64,000 bases of DNA from an uncultured Chloroflexia bacterium (GCA_963750275.1 CAVVQC010000005.1:756105-820104); one strand, 5' to 3'; positions 38,785-47,739 are shown, counted from the first letter of the stretch. Translations and numbers: made by a program. The notes: generated from the sequence alone by a model not told the origin.

Positions 38785-41561
38785 TTATTGCGATGGTAGG
38801 TTGGTCGTGCCTGTTGCCGATACCGCTTCTTCAGGACGCCTGCGAGGCAGCAGCTCATCGAGAACGAAGTTGAAGTTGCCCCTTGTGCTGGGATCTGCCT
38901 TTCGCAGTCGATCCAGGAACAATCCGATGCCGGCTGCTCCAGATGCGAAATCGGCACTTTCTCGCATCGCCTGTTCGCCGGGGAAGCCAGTACCCTCCAA
39001 CGCCCCGATCTGAAACAGCAGCACGCCTTCGGCCGTTTGCCACGCACCAGCACGATGTGTTTCGTTTCCGGTGTACTCCCAGATATCGATGAGAGCATTC
39101 CCAAGTCCCGCGAGTCCATGGAAGAGCTGTGGCATGACCGCGTACTTGTGGCTCACATTGGCAGCTAATGGATCGAGCCATTTCTCAAGGCTGGGATCCC
39201 TTCGGACAGCCAGATAGCGAACCAATGTCGTGATGACTCCGGCCGTACCCGCATCCCAATAGCACCTAGGCGTCTGATTGAAATCTTCCCCATGTACGCT
39301 CACAATAGCGGGAAAGCCGACGAACGCACTATCCTGCCAAACCCCATGAGCCAAGTCAAAGTCTAGCGCTTGCCGCCCGGTGTCAATTGGCTGCTGCAAA
39401 CCTGTCGCCAAGTGGAGGTAGAGCAAAAAAAGCGCCACGCCGCTGCTCCCATAAGCGTAGCCATGCGCCACGGCACCTTCTTGCCCTGGCCAGTGAACCC
39501 CATGGTCGCTTCGCACCGCTGAAGAGATCAGATGGTCGCCCACGCCGACCGCGTCGTCGAGGAACTCATCTCCGTGTCCATTCATCCACATCTTCAGGCA
39601 GGCAAGTCCGTAACCAGCACATCCGTGGAGCACGTCGTGGGATCGAAAAAGCAGCTCATGGTTTCGGACAGAGCGCATGATGTTTAAAGCAACCTCAGGA
39701 AGACCGATTTCACCGGCCACCCAAGCCACTCCTGCTTGCCCCATGTACAGCCCAGGCGGATAAAGTTCGTTGGTAACTTGCCGGCGGGTTAGCCACGCCG
39801 ACAACCCTTCGGGAACCTCGCCAGTCAGTTGATAAATCGCATGCAGGACACCGGCAGTGCCATACGCTACTGATAGCGGATTCGTCTCGAACACGGTCAG
39901 GTCTCCCGGACAGAGGCGGTCCTCACGCTCTACGTCGGCGGTGCCGATGAGGTAATCCGCGACTGACCTGACGATGCGATCCAAATCCGCATGCAATACA
40001 TATCGTCCGTTACGCGTCAATCGCTCTCCCGCTGGTGTGGCGAGCCGCGGGATACGCGCCACCAATGAGCCAGGACGGCACGCGAGCTCCGAAATCGAGC
40101 GCTTGACCGACTCGGGGAAGACGCAGAAGGCTCGGTCAGCAGGCCATCCACCAGGGAAATTAACTCGTCTGAAAGTCCAAGGTCCTGCTTGAGTTCCTCG
40201 AGAAAGCCGGGCCTCGCCGTTGGATACAGATGGGTGAACCCGGTGGCCAGCATGATGCTCCCGAATATGAGGGATCCGAGCGCGTAGAAGTCGTTCGTCC
40301 GGTCGCAGATTCCTGAGAGCAGCGTGCCTGGAGACGTCACGCCGGGGGTATTGAGCCCGACCTGTGGGTCCTGCCCTTCTTCGACTGCGGACTCGAGATC
40401 GACGATGCATACCTTGTCAGAGCCGGAGACCAGTACATTCGTGAAGGACAAATCGCCAAGCACGATGTTTAGCTCATGCGCTGAAACAATGGCTTGAGCG
40501 ATCTGCAGCCACAGCTGACACATCGTTTCGAAGTACGCGTTCAGCTCGCTCCTAGAGGTTCGTCCATGATAGAGCGGATGCGTCCCAATGCTGAACTTGC
40601 CAATGTGGTCGCCCCTCACGAATTCCTCCGCGAGGAATCGTGCCCACCTTCGCGAAAGAACTCGATTGGCTTGACAAAGTAGCCGGTATCGGCCAGCCGG
40701 CCAAGCAAGCGCCACTCCTTCTCAAGAAGCTCGATTGAATCCAGGCCGAAACGTCCGACCTCGATATGAGGCCGTGACTCTTTATGACCACATCGAGCCT
40801 GACACTTTATCTCGTGCCAGGTAGACGCCGCCACGATTGGAAAATCGAAGCGCTGACGTTACGGAGAAACGTCCGTTGCCAAGATCTACTTCAGCTTTGA
40901 CGGCTGTTGTCGCCTTAGTCGGTACTGGAAACGGATCCTCTGCCCAATCCGGTGGACTCCAGAATGGAAATCGAATATCAGGGACAAGTTCGCCAGTGGG
41001 CGAGCAAATAACTTGACTTTGTGTTCCATCGACCTGCAGCACCGTTCTGGAAAGAAAGCCTCCATACCGATAGTAGACCGTTGACGAACCCGGCCAAGGT
41101 CGATCTGAAAGAATGTACGGGCCGGCGAAATGCTCAAGTGATTCTGCCAGGGCCTGTCCCATGGCAAGGAATTGCGACTGGCTTGCCGGGTATATCGTAA
41201 CGAGCTTGCCGCTCGAGCCGCGTTGCCACATTTTGCTATTTGTTGCGGCAGCGAGCGTGGGGTCCAGAAGGAATTTGAAGGGAGCATTCTGCTCGAAGAG
41301 CAGCGGAAAGACTCGCCCCAGCGCTTCTACCGCATCTTTCGTGAGAACAGAAACATGGATCTTCCAGCCTTGATCCGGGAGCGCTACGTCGTGGGGAGGG
41401 ACCGCAGAATACCAGATTCCACTTCGCTTGAGCTGCCAGCTACCAGGGGCAAGCGCTGAAAATACCGCCAGAAACTCTGAGCTTGGCTGATATCGAGACG
41501 GGCTTTCGAACCATCTGGGGTGATATTGGCTATAAAGGTAAAGACGCTCCCAACTATGCAT
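38785..41561 (-). pseudogene. lanKC: class III lanthipeptide synthetase (LanKC: lyase + Ser/Thr kinase-like + Zn-ligand-less LanC-like cyclase), reading frame broken 3-4 times as assembled
   Basis: Lyase part: ORF 40782..41561 (PDQGWKIHVS, VTIYP, YYRYGGF). Kinase part: spread over ORFs 40552..40791 / 40616..40834 / 40017..40715 (VVIKESRPHIE, LEKEWRLLGRL, FLAEEFVRG, NIVLGDLSFTNVLV, VCIVDLESA). Cyclase part: ORF 38785..40410 (GTAGVLHA, GQAGVAW, LHGCAGYG, YGSSGVALFL, YWDAGTAGV, FHGLAGLG, SGAAGIGLFL). Frame changes occur at ~40781-40797, ~40645-40653 and ~40114-40117 (cccc run). Confidence 0.85.
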
Positions 41562-41649
41562 GCGTGCTAGCCTTTCCCACTCGTGGAGGATCAGCAGGAG
41601 CGTGATCGTCCCTGACCGATTCTCGCCATCGTGGAAACGACTAGCACGC
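41562..41649 (-). promoter_or_regulatory. 9-bp inverted repeat able to pair the sequence abutting the lanKC start codon with an upstream segment (possible translational/processing control)
   Basis: GCGTGCTAG (41562-41570) is the exact reverse complement of CTAGCACGC (41641-41649). In the mRNA the 3' arm ends directly at the AUG and follows the GGGAAAGG RBS. The ~70-nt loop makes this weak evidence. Confidence 0.25.
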
Positions 41650-41708
41650 GAAACCCACCGTTGCGAAAACTAACTGAATGTGGTCATCCGAACCGTCTCG
41701 TCAGATGT

Positions 41709-41930
41709 TTACGCACAGCTATGGTGGTCACAGGACGTGACGCTGACGACAGCAATTTCGTCGTCGAATGTTGCGCCTCCTGCGGAGGGACGGCCGCTCA
41801 GGCGGTCCTGCAGGAGACGTTGCAGATCCAGCACAAGCGGCGGCATGCCAGCTGGCTGGTCTTTAGGGGAGAGAGGCTCTCGCGCTTCTCGACCGGGGGT
41901 TGCGCCACCTTGGGAAGACGTAGACATCAT
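41709..41930 (-). CDS. lanA1: class III lanthipeptide precursor peptide (copy 1)
   Basis: 73 aa: MMSTSSQGGATPGREAREPLSPKDQPAGMPPLVLDLQRLLQDRLSGRPSAGGATFDDEIAVVSVTSCDHHSCA. An AAAGGAG RBS is present, with an LDLQ-type leader motif and a Ser/Thr/Cys C-terminal core. It is co-directional with and 147 nt upstream of lanKC. Confidence 0.8.
   Translation of the reverse strand: MMSTSSQGGATPGREAREPLSPKDQPAGMPPLVLDLQRLLQDRLSGRPSAGGATFDDEIAVVSVTSCDHHSCA
41731..41927 (-). repeat. tandem duplication unit A (lanA1 coding DNA)
   Basis: It aligns base-for-base with 42175-42371 at an offset of 444 nt. By eye, the ~135 nt encoding the leader differ at one position, while the ~60 nt encoding the core carry about a dozen differences. 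Confidence 0.85.
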
Positions 41931-42130
41931 CGGCTCCTTTGATTTGGGCGGCGTTGCGCAATGTGAAGGATGCTGATCGGCTTCATCGGTGCGAATACTC
42001 TATCGACACCGAGAGGGTCAAATGCTCAAAAAATCGAGTTCAACTAATGCAGAGGGACGTGGCTGCCCATTGGTTCGAAGCCGATCAACTCAGGCGGTAG
42101 AGGGGTTATCCATCGATCGGATTTTGGAGA

Positions 42131-42161
42131 CTGTCAGGCCGAATTGATTCGGTTACTGACA
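42131..42161 (-). terminator. stem-loop overlapping the lanA2 stop codon (attenuator/partial terminator candidate)
   Basis: The mRNA reads TGTCAG-TAA-CCGAAT-ca-ATTCGG-c-CTGACA: two 6-bp stems whose 5' arm is the last two codons plus the stop. No U-tract follows. Confidence 0.4.
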
Positions 42162-42371
42162 ACTGTGATGAGAGCAGGACGTGACGCTGACGACGGCGAC
42201 TTCGTCACCAAATGTAGTGCCTCCTGCCGAGGGACGGCCGCTCAGGCGGTCCTGCAGGAGACGTTGCAGATCCAGCACAAGCGGCGGTATGCCAGCTGGC
42301 TGGTCTTTAGGGGAGAGAGGCTCTCGCGCTTCTCGACCGGGGGTTGCGCCACCTTGGGAAGACGTAGACAT
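42153..42371 (-). CDS. lanA2: class III lanthipeptide precursor peptide (copy 2)
   Basis: 72 aa from ATG 42371 (GGAAGGAG RBS 7 nt upstream): MSTSSQGGATPGREAREPLSPKDQPAGIPPLVLDLQRLLQDRLSGRPSAGGTTFGDEVAVVSVTSCSHHSCQ. The ORF-track start at 42407 adds 12 unlikely residues. Confidence 0.8.
   Translation of the reverse strand: MSTSSQGGATPGREAREPLSPKDQPAGIPPLVLDLQRLLQDRLSGRPSAGGTTFGDEVAVVSVTSCSHHSCQ
42175..42371 (-). repeat. tandem duplication unit B (lanA2 coding DNA)
   Basis: Partner of 41731-41927; see that entry. Confidence 0.85.
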
Positions 42372-42411
42372 TATTGACTCCTTCCAGGATAGAGTGGTGG
42401 GCTTCAATCAC

Positions 42412-42440
42412 AGCTTATGTCCACAATAGTCCAAAGTCAA
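42412..42440 (-). promoter_or_regulatory. candidate promoter of the lanA2-lanA1-lanKC unit
   Basis: The minus strand reads TTGACT (42435-42440), a 17-nt spacer, then TAAGCT (42412-42417), ~40 nt upstream of the lanA2 ATG. Confidence 0.35.
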
Positions 42441-42543
42441 TAGCGGCCGAAAAGCTCGACACTCCGGAGATCGGAGATTCCCTATCCCCTCGCTGAATGC
42501 TCAATTAAACGAATAGGTTGGGCCGAACGCTGTTACTCGCATC

Positions 42544-43179
42544 CTAGAACGACGGAGGCGTAATCGCGGCAATCACGATCGCAGGCGCCCCACTCCTGTT
42601 CCCCGCCCGGTGCGGCCGCGACGCATCGATCGTGATGCAATCACCCGCCTGCAAGACAAATTCCGCCCCATCCACCCAGAAGTGCATCTCCCCCTGGATC
42701 ACCACCATCTGTTCTTCCCCCGGATGGGTAAACGGCGCCAACGGTCCCTCCACCCCCGGCCCGAACTCGACCCAGATGAATTCGATCTGATGCCGCAAAT
42801 CGGGACTCATCAGCTCATAGGTCAATGTCGAATTGACCCCCAGCTTCTTGCGCTGATCGGCGCGCACCACCACCGGTTGCTGGCCGGGTTCATCCTCCAC
42901 CAGCTCGCCCTGAAAAAAGGTGCCGATCGGCACCTCCAGTGCCCGCGCCACCGACCAGAGCACATCCAGCGACGGGCTGGACAAACCTCGCTCCACCTGA
43001 CTGATCAAGCTGGTCGACACCCCACACGCCTTCGCCAGCGCCACCGTGCTCATCCGCTGTTCCTGCCGTAATCCCCGGATGATCCCGCCCAGATCGCGCA
43101 GCCGATCCTCCCGCGTTTCAGGGATTCCATCTGTTGTCGTCACTTGGCTGGCGTTCGACATCGCGCTGCCCGTTCCCAA
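42544..43179 (-). CDS. XRE-family transcriptional regulator with C-terminal cupin domain
   Basis: HTH_3: LRQEQRMSTVALAKACGVSTSLISQVERG. Cupin_2: HPGEEQMVVIQGEMHFWVDG..GDCITIDASRPHR. The start is TTG 43179 or ATG 43161. It is divergent from the aminotransferase operon. Confidence 0.85.
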   Translation of the reverse strand: MGTGSAMSNASQVTTTDGIPETREDRLRDLGGIIRGLRQEQRMSTVALAKACGVSTSLISQVERGLSSPSLDVLWSVARALEVPIGTFFQGELVEDEPGQQPVVVRADQRKKLGVNSTLTYELMSPDLRHQIEFIWVEFGPGVEGPLAPFTHPGEEQMVVIQGEMHFWVDGAEFVLQAGDCITIDASRPHRAGNRSGAPAIVIAAITPPSF

Positions 43180-43347
43180 CGTCGGAAAGACTTTGCCTTG
43201 TCAGCCCCTGGCATCGAACCTGAGAACGCAAGAGTCTCGCAATTGACAACCACACTGTCAGTTCATACACTCAGACTGTAATCCGCACCACGTCAATCCA
43301 CAACCCATATGGTTCTTCGACCCGGTAACCCGCCAGGAGCCTCGGCA

Positions 43348-44673
43348 ATGACCGCCACATCCACTGTTACGTCAGATCAGCTTTTCGAGCAGGCGCAAAG
43401 CGTGCTAGCCGCCGGGGTTTCAGCCGGAATGCGGGTCAACCCCTATCTCGGCAAACCCCTCTTCATCGAACGTGGCGAAGGCGCCTACCTCTACGATGTC
43501 GACGGTCGCCGCCTGATCGACTTCAACATGTCGAACGGTGCGGCGCTGCTGGGACACGACCATCCGGCGGTCAAGGAAGCGGTTATGCACGGCGTCGAGC
43601 TCGGCATCATCTGTGCTGCCGAAACGCCCTTCCATGAACAGCTTGCCGCGCGCATGGTCGAGATCATTCCCGCCGCCGAACGAGTGCGCTTTTCCAGCGT
43701 CGGCACCGAAGCCACCGTGGTCGCCCTGCGCGTCGCCCGCGCCGCCACCGGACGCAGCAAGTACCTGAAGTTCGACGGCCATTTTCACGGCTTGGCCGAG
43801 CAATGGCTCTTCAAACGATCAGATCCCTTCGACCAGAACAGCCCGATCGTTCCCAGCTCAGACGGCGTGCCGGCGCATCTCGCCAGCGACATCGTCATGG
43901 TCCCCTGGAACGATGTCGAGGCCTTCGAAGCTGCCATGAAAACGCACGGTGCCGAGCTTGCGGCGGTTTTTTGCGAACCGATCCATTACAACGCCGGCTG
44001 CATCCCACCTGCTCCCGGCTTCCTGGAGCTGCTACGGGAGCGCACCCGCGAGCACGGCGTGATCCTCGTCTTCGACGAAGTTCTCTCCGGCTTCCGCACC
44101 AGTGCCGGCGGCGTTTCGGCTACCTACGGCGTCACGCCCGACCTCACCACCCACGCCAAGGCACTCGCGAACGGCTTGCCGCTCTCGTCGATCTCTGGCC
44201 GTGCCGATCTGATGGCCGAGCTGGTTCCAACCGGTGGAGCCGCCCATAGCGGAACCTACTCCGGCCACCTGCTCAGTGTGCTGGCTGCCCTGGCAACCCT
44301 GGATATCCTGACCGTGCCCGGTGCCTACGACGAGATCAACGCCCGCGCCGACCGGTTCTATGGCCAGATGCAAGAGGTCTTCGACCGCAACGGGATTCCC
44401 GTAAAGGTCCAGGGCAAGGGTGCACGCTTTGGCCTCTACTTCGGTCGCACCGAGCCAGTCTCCACCTGGACCGACGCCTTCGAACACGATCATGTCATGA
44501 ACCGCGCTTTCGTCCAGCAATGCTGGGAACGCGGCGTCACTTTCCACGGCTACACCCAGCAGGGCCCTCCGGGCCACGCGGGCTTTTCGCTGGCGCACAC
44601 CGACGCCGATCTCGATGAATCGTTGAACGTTTTCGATGCCGTGGCCGCCAACCTGGCTGCGGGACGGATGTAA
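43348..44673 (+). CDS. class III (GSA-aminomutase-like) PLP-dependent aminotransferase
   Basis: Start ATG 43348 (AGGAG RBS). Blocks: LFIERGEGAYLYDVDGRRLIDF, VILVFDEVLSGFR, and the PLP-Lys region TPDLTTHAKALANGLPLS. Confidence 0.85.
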   Translation: MTATSTVTSDQLFEQAQSVLAAGVSAGMRVNPYLGKPLFIERGEGAYLYDVDGRRLIDFNMSNGAALLGHDHPAVKEAVMHGVELGIICAAETPFHEQLAARMVEIIPAAERVRFSSVGTEATVVALRVARAATGRSKYLKFDGHFHGLAEQWLFKRSDPFDQNSPIVPSSDGVPAHLASDIVMVPWNDVEAFEAAMKTHGAELAAVFCEPIHYNAGCIPPAPGFLELLRERTREHGVILVFDEVLSGFRTSAGGVSATYGVTPDLTTHAKALANGLPLSSISGRADLMAELVPTGGAAHSGTYSGHLLSVLAALATLDILTVPGAYDEINARADRFYGQMQEVFDRNGIPVKVQGKGARFGLYFGRTEPVSTWTDAFEHDHVMNRAFVQQCWERGVTFHGYTQQGPPGHAGFSLAHTDADLDESLNVFDAVAANLAAGRM

Positions 44674-44707
44674 ATCGTCGCCAAGCACAGCATCAGGTAG
44701 GAACGCC

Positions 44708-46243
44708 ATGCGGGTCGCAATCGCCGAGCTGAAACAGGAAACCAATACCTTCGTTCCCCGCCTCACCACCATGGCGGACTTCGAGGCATGGCACTACTGG
44801 ACCGGCCCCGACCTGGTCGACGGTCTCGGCGGCACCAATTCCGAGATCGACGGCTTCCTCAACGTTCTGACCGCAGCCGGTATCGAACCGGTACCCATCC
44901 TCGCCACCTTCGCCATGTCTGGCGGAAAAGTCGAGGACGCAACCTACGATCGGCTGCTCGGTGAATTGCTCGCCGGTATCGCCGATGCCGGACCACTCGA
45001 TGGCGTCCTCATTGCCCTCCACGGCGCCATGGTCACCGAAAGCAACGACAGCCCCGACGCCAACACCCTAAACGCCATCCGCGAGCTGGTCGGGCCCGAT
45101 ATCCCCGTCGTTGCCACCTACGATTTGCATGCCAACCTGACCGCCCGCATGGCCGAATACGCCGATGCGCTGGTCGGGTTCAAAACCTCGCCTCATATCG
45201 ACCAACGCGATACCGGCGAGCGCGGCGCCCGGGTCATGACCGCCATCCTGCAACAGGGCGCGAAACCAACCATGGCCTTCGTCAAGATCCCCATGGTCGT
45301 TCCCGCCTCCACGCATATCCATCACCTGCCGGGGCCATTCAAACGCCTGCAGGACGCCACCAAAGAACTGGAAAAGGAACCTGGCGTCCTCTCTGCCAAT
45401 GTCGCCGCGGTACAACCCTGGCTCGACATCGACGAGATGGGCTTCGCCACCGTAGTCGTCACCGATGACGATCCCAAGCGTGCCAAGACCCTCGCCTGCG
45501 ATCTCGCCAAAGCCTGCTGGCACGAACGCGACGCCTTCATGGAACTCGAACTGGTGCCGATCGCCGAAGCGATCCAGCTCGCTCTCGCGGAACCGAGCGG
45601 TCCTGTCGTCCTCTCCGATTGCGCCGACGGCACCGGTGCTGGATCACCCGGTGACGCCACCGCGGTCATCGCCGCGCTCCTGGAAGCGAACCCGGACAAA
45701 CCGGCCTTCGTTTTCGTGCGCGATGCCGAAAGCGCCGCAACCGCCATCGCTGCCGGAACAGGCGCGACCGTCACACTCTCCGTCGGTGCCAAGCTCGACA
45801 ACATCTTCAACCAACCAGTAGAGCTCACCGGTACGGTCGAGTTCGCCGGTCCGGCCTCGTTCCGCTTCGGCGGCGAGGGGTATACCGGCGTCGAGCAGGA
45901 CATGGGCCCAAGCGCGGTCGTGCGCGCCGGCAATGTGTTCGTGCTGATCGTGAGCACCTCGGTGATGACCGTCGATCCGGAGCTCTACCGCGCCGTCGGT
46001 CTCGAGCCAAAGGAAGCGCAGATCGTGGTGGTCAAATCGGCCATCCAATTCCGTGCCGGCTACCCATTCGCCCGGCGCAGCATCATGCTCGACAGTCCCG
46101 GCATGAGCAGCGATCACATCGTCTCGCTCCCATGGGACAAGGTCCCGCGCCCTATCTTCCCGCTCGATCCCGAAATGTCTTTCACCTGTCAGCCACAACT
46201 CTTTAGCAGGCAATCGGAGGTGACGAAAACCCAAAACCCGTAG
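44708..46243 (+). CDS. M81-family metallopeptidase (MlrC/microcystinase-C-like)
   Basis: MRVAIAELKQETNTFVP.. is the typical MlrC N-terminus (DUF1485-type), with an MlrC_C-like C-half. The true start is ATG 44708, inside ORF 44636..46243. Confidence 0.75.
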   Translation: MRVAIAELKQETNTFVPRLTTMADFEAWHYWTGPDLVDGLGGTNSEIDGFLNVLTAAGIEPVPILATFAMSGGKVEDATYDRLLGELLAGIADAGPLDGVLIALHGAMVTESNDSPDANTLNAIRELVGPDIPVVATYDLHANLTARMAEYADALVGFKTSPHIDQRDTGERGARVMTAILQQGAKPTMAFVKIPMVVPASTHIHHLPGPFKRLQDATKELEKEPGVLSANVAAVQPWLDIDEMGFATVVVTDDDPKRAKTLACDLAKACWHERDAFMELELVPIAEAIQLALAEPSGPVVLSDCADGTGAGSPGDATAVIAALLEANPDKPAFVFVRDAESAATAIAAGTGATVTLSVGAKLDNIFNQPVELTGTVEFAGPASFRFGGEGYTGVEQDMGPSAVVRAGNVFVLIVSTSVMTVDPELYRAVGLEPKEAQIVVVKSAIQFRAGYPFARRSIMLDSPGMSSDHIVSLPWDKVPRPIFPLDPEMSFTCQPQLFSRQSEVTKTQNP

Positions 46244-46411
46244 CGTCGCCATTCATGGCGACCTGGTGCCCGAAACAACGGATCGCCATAAAGAGCGACG
46301 TTACGAAAGGCCCACCTTCTTCCATACCCAGGGGTTCCCGGACGCAGGTCGCGTCCGCAGCCTGATACAGCCGGCGGACGATGTCCGCCATCGAGGAAAG
46401 GACGAACGAAC

Positions 46412-47725
46412 ATGATCCAGAAGGGACTTTCCCGGCGAGACATGCTCAAGATCGCCGGAGCCACCGGAGGTGCGGCGGCCCTCGGCGGCTTTGGTGCAAT
46501 GCGACCGGGCACGATCCGCGCCCAGGCCGGCGAATATGACGGTGTCACCATCCGCGCGCTCGGTCTGGCCGGCACGGCCTGGAATCCTGCGGTAGAGCAG
46601 TTCGCCAAGGACTTCCAGGAGAAGACCGGCGCAACTGTCGAATGGGATTTCCAGCCCTGGGAACAGACGATGCCGAAGCTGCAGGCCGATCTCGCGGCCG
46701 GTACTCCGCAGTACGACATCTTCTGCAATGACATCGAGTTCCAGTACACCATCTACCCATCGCTCCTTCCATTGAATGGTCTGATCGAGGATGGTGGCTA
46801 TGACATGGACGGCTTCTTCGAGCCGATCTACAAGTACGGCGCCGGTGTGGCCGGCGGCGAAGCCGATGTCCGCTATGGCCTCCCGATTCGCGTCGGCGCC
46901 TCGTGGGTCTTCTACCGGACCGACCTGATCTCCGAGTTCCCCACCACCTGGGCCGACTACGACGCCATGCTGGCCGAGCAGACCACTGGCGATCAGTACG
47001 GTCTCGCCTTTGCCGGCGTCACCGCCCAGCTCATCAAGCTCTTCCTGGCTCGTTACTGGTCGCGCGGAGCGAACCTCCTTTCGCCCGATTGGCAACCGCT
47101 CATCAACGGTGAAGAAGGTGTTGCCGCTCTCACGCAGCTCTACGATGAAATGAAGGCCTACTCCCCGCCAGGCATCCTCGGCTGGGACAACCCGGACGCC
47201 TCCAACGCCTTCCTCAATGGCGACGTCGCGGTGCTCGAAGGCTGGGCCAGCTTTATTCTGCCCAGCCTCGACGACCCGGAAGCGTCCAAGATCGTGGGCA
47301 AGTGGAATGTCGCGCCCTACCCCGAAAATGGCTCCGGCAACTTCACCCAGCACAACTTCGCGATCTTCAACACCAGCCAGAACCAGCAAGCGGCCTTCGA
47401 CTACATCGCCTATTGCACCGGCCTGGAAACCGCGCCCGCGCTGCTGAACGAGTACAACGAGGAATCGCCGCGCAAGACCGTCTGGCTCGAACCCGCCACG
47501 CTCGAAGCGCAGCCGTACCTCTCTGCCGTCGTCGATTCGTACGATGTCGGCAAACCGTTTACGCCAGGACTGCCGCAATGGCTCGAGCTCTTCATCGGTC
47601 TCGGCGAGGGACTCTCCTCCGCCATGTCCGATCAAAGCTCACCGCAGGACGCCTTGAACGACGTCGCCGACAAATGGGCCGAGCTCATCGAGCAAGCCCC
47701 GCCCGATTGGGAATACGCGGAGTAA
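46412..47725 (+). CDS. ABC transporter substrate-binding protein (family 1), Tat-type signal
   Basis: The N-terminus is MIQKGLSRRDMLKIAGATGGAAALGGFGA. It is the first gene of a SBP-permease-permease-ATPase set. Confidence 0.85.
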   Translation: MIQKGLSRRDMLKIAGATGGAAALGGFGAMRPGTIRAQAGEYDGVTIRALGLAGTAWNPAVEQFAKDFQEKTGATVEWDFQPWEQTMPKLQADLAAGTPQYDIFCNDIEFQYTIYPSLLPLNGLIEDGGYDMDGFFEPIYKYGAGVAGGEADVRYGLPIRVGASWVFYRTDLISEFPTTWADYDAMLAEQTTGDQYGLAFAGVTAQLIKLFLARYWSRGANLLSPDWQPLINGEEGVAALTQLYDEMKAYSPPGILGWDNPDASNAFLNGDVAVLEGWASFILPSLDDPEASKIVGKWNVAPYPENGSGNFTQHNFAIFNTSQNQQAAFDYIAYCTGLETAPALLNEYNEESPRKTVWLEPATLEAQPYLSAVVDSYDVGKPFTPGLPQWLELFIGLGEGLSSAMSDQSSPQDALNDVADKWAELIEQAPPDWEYAE

Positions 47726-47739
47726 ATCGCAGGTTCATG

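Noticed and set aside
40552-40834. Two small ORFs (79 and 72 aa) between the lyase and kinase fragments, considered as separate genes
   Set aside because: Their translations (VVIK.., HKESRPHIEVGRFGLDSIELLEKEWRLLGRL..) are contiguous kinase-domain sequence of lanKC read through frameshifts.
42060-42095. tRNA-like T-arm (ATTGG-TTCGAAG-CCGAT) between the two lanA genes
   Set aside because: No complementary acceptor stem, D-arm or anticodon arm can be built at the expected distances.
41931-42152. Independent promoter for lanA1 (TTGACC ... AGTATT)
   Set aside because: The -10 candidate is poor and the spacing ambiguous. Read-through from the lanA2 promoter is equally plausible.
41631-42429. Four plus-strand ORFs (41631..41942, 41680..41976, 42144..42377, 42181..42429) that also look duplicated
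   Set aside because: They are the antisense strands of lanA1 and lanA2. The minus-strand reading has RBSs, a class III leader motif and the correct position upstream of lanKC.
44708-46243. MlrC/M81 peptidase as the leader peptidase of the lanthipeptide locus
   Set aside because: It is on the opposite strand in a separate operon with its own regulator and transporter. Proximity (~2.3 kb) is the only link.
46301-47635. 444-aa minus-strand ORF. The same applies to 59936..61147, 32472..33497, 7924..9135, 7169..8287 and 57905..58597.
   Set aside because: Each lies antisense to a gene with clear family motifs (SBP, permease, hydrolase, histidine kinase, response regulator, AKR). No motifs of their own; shadow ORFs.
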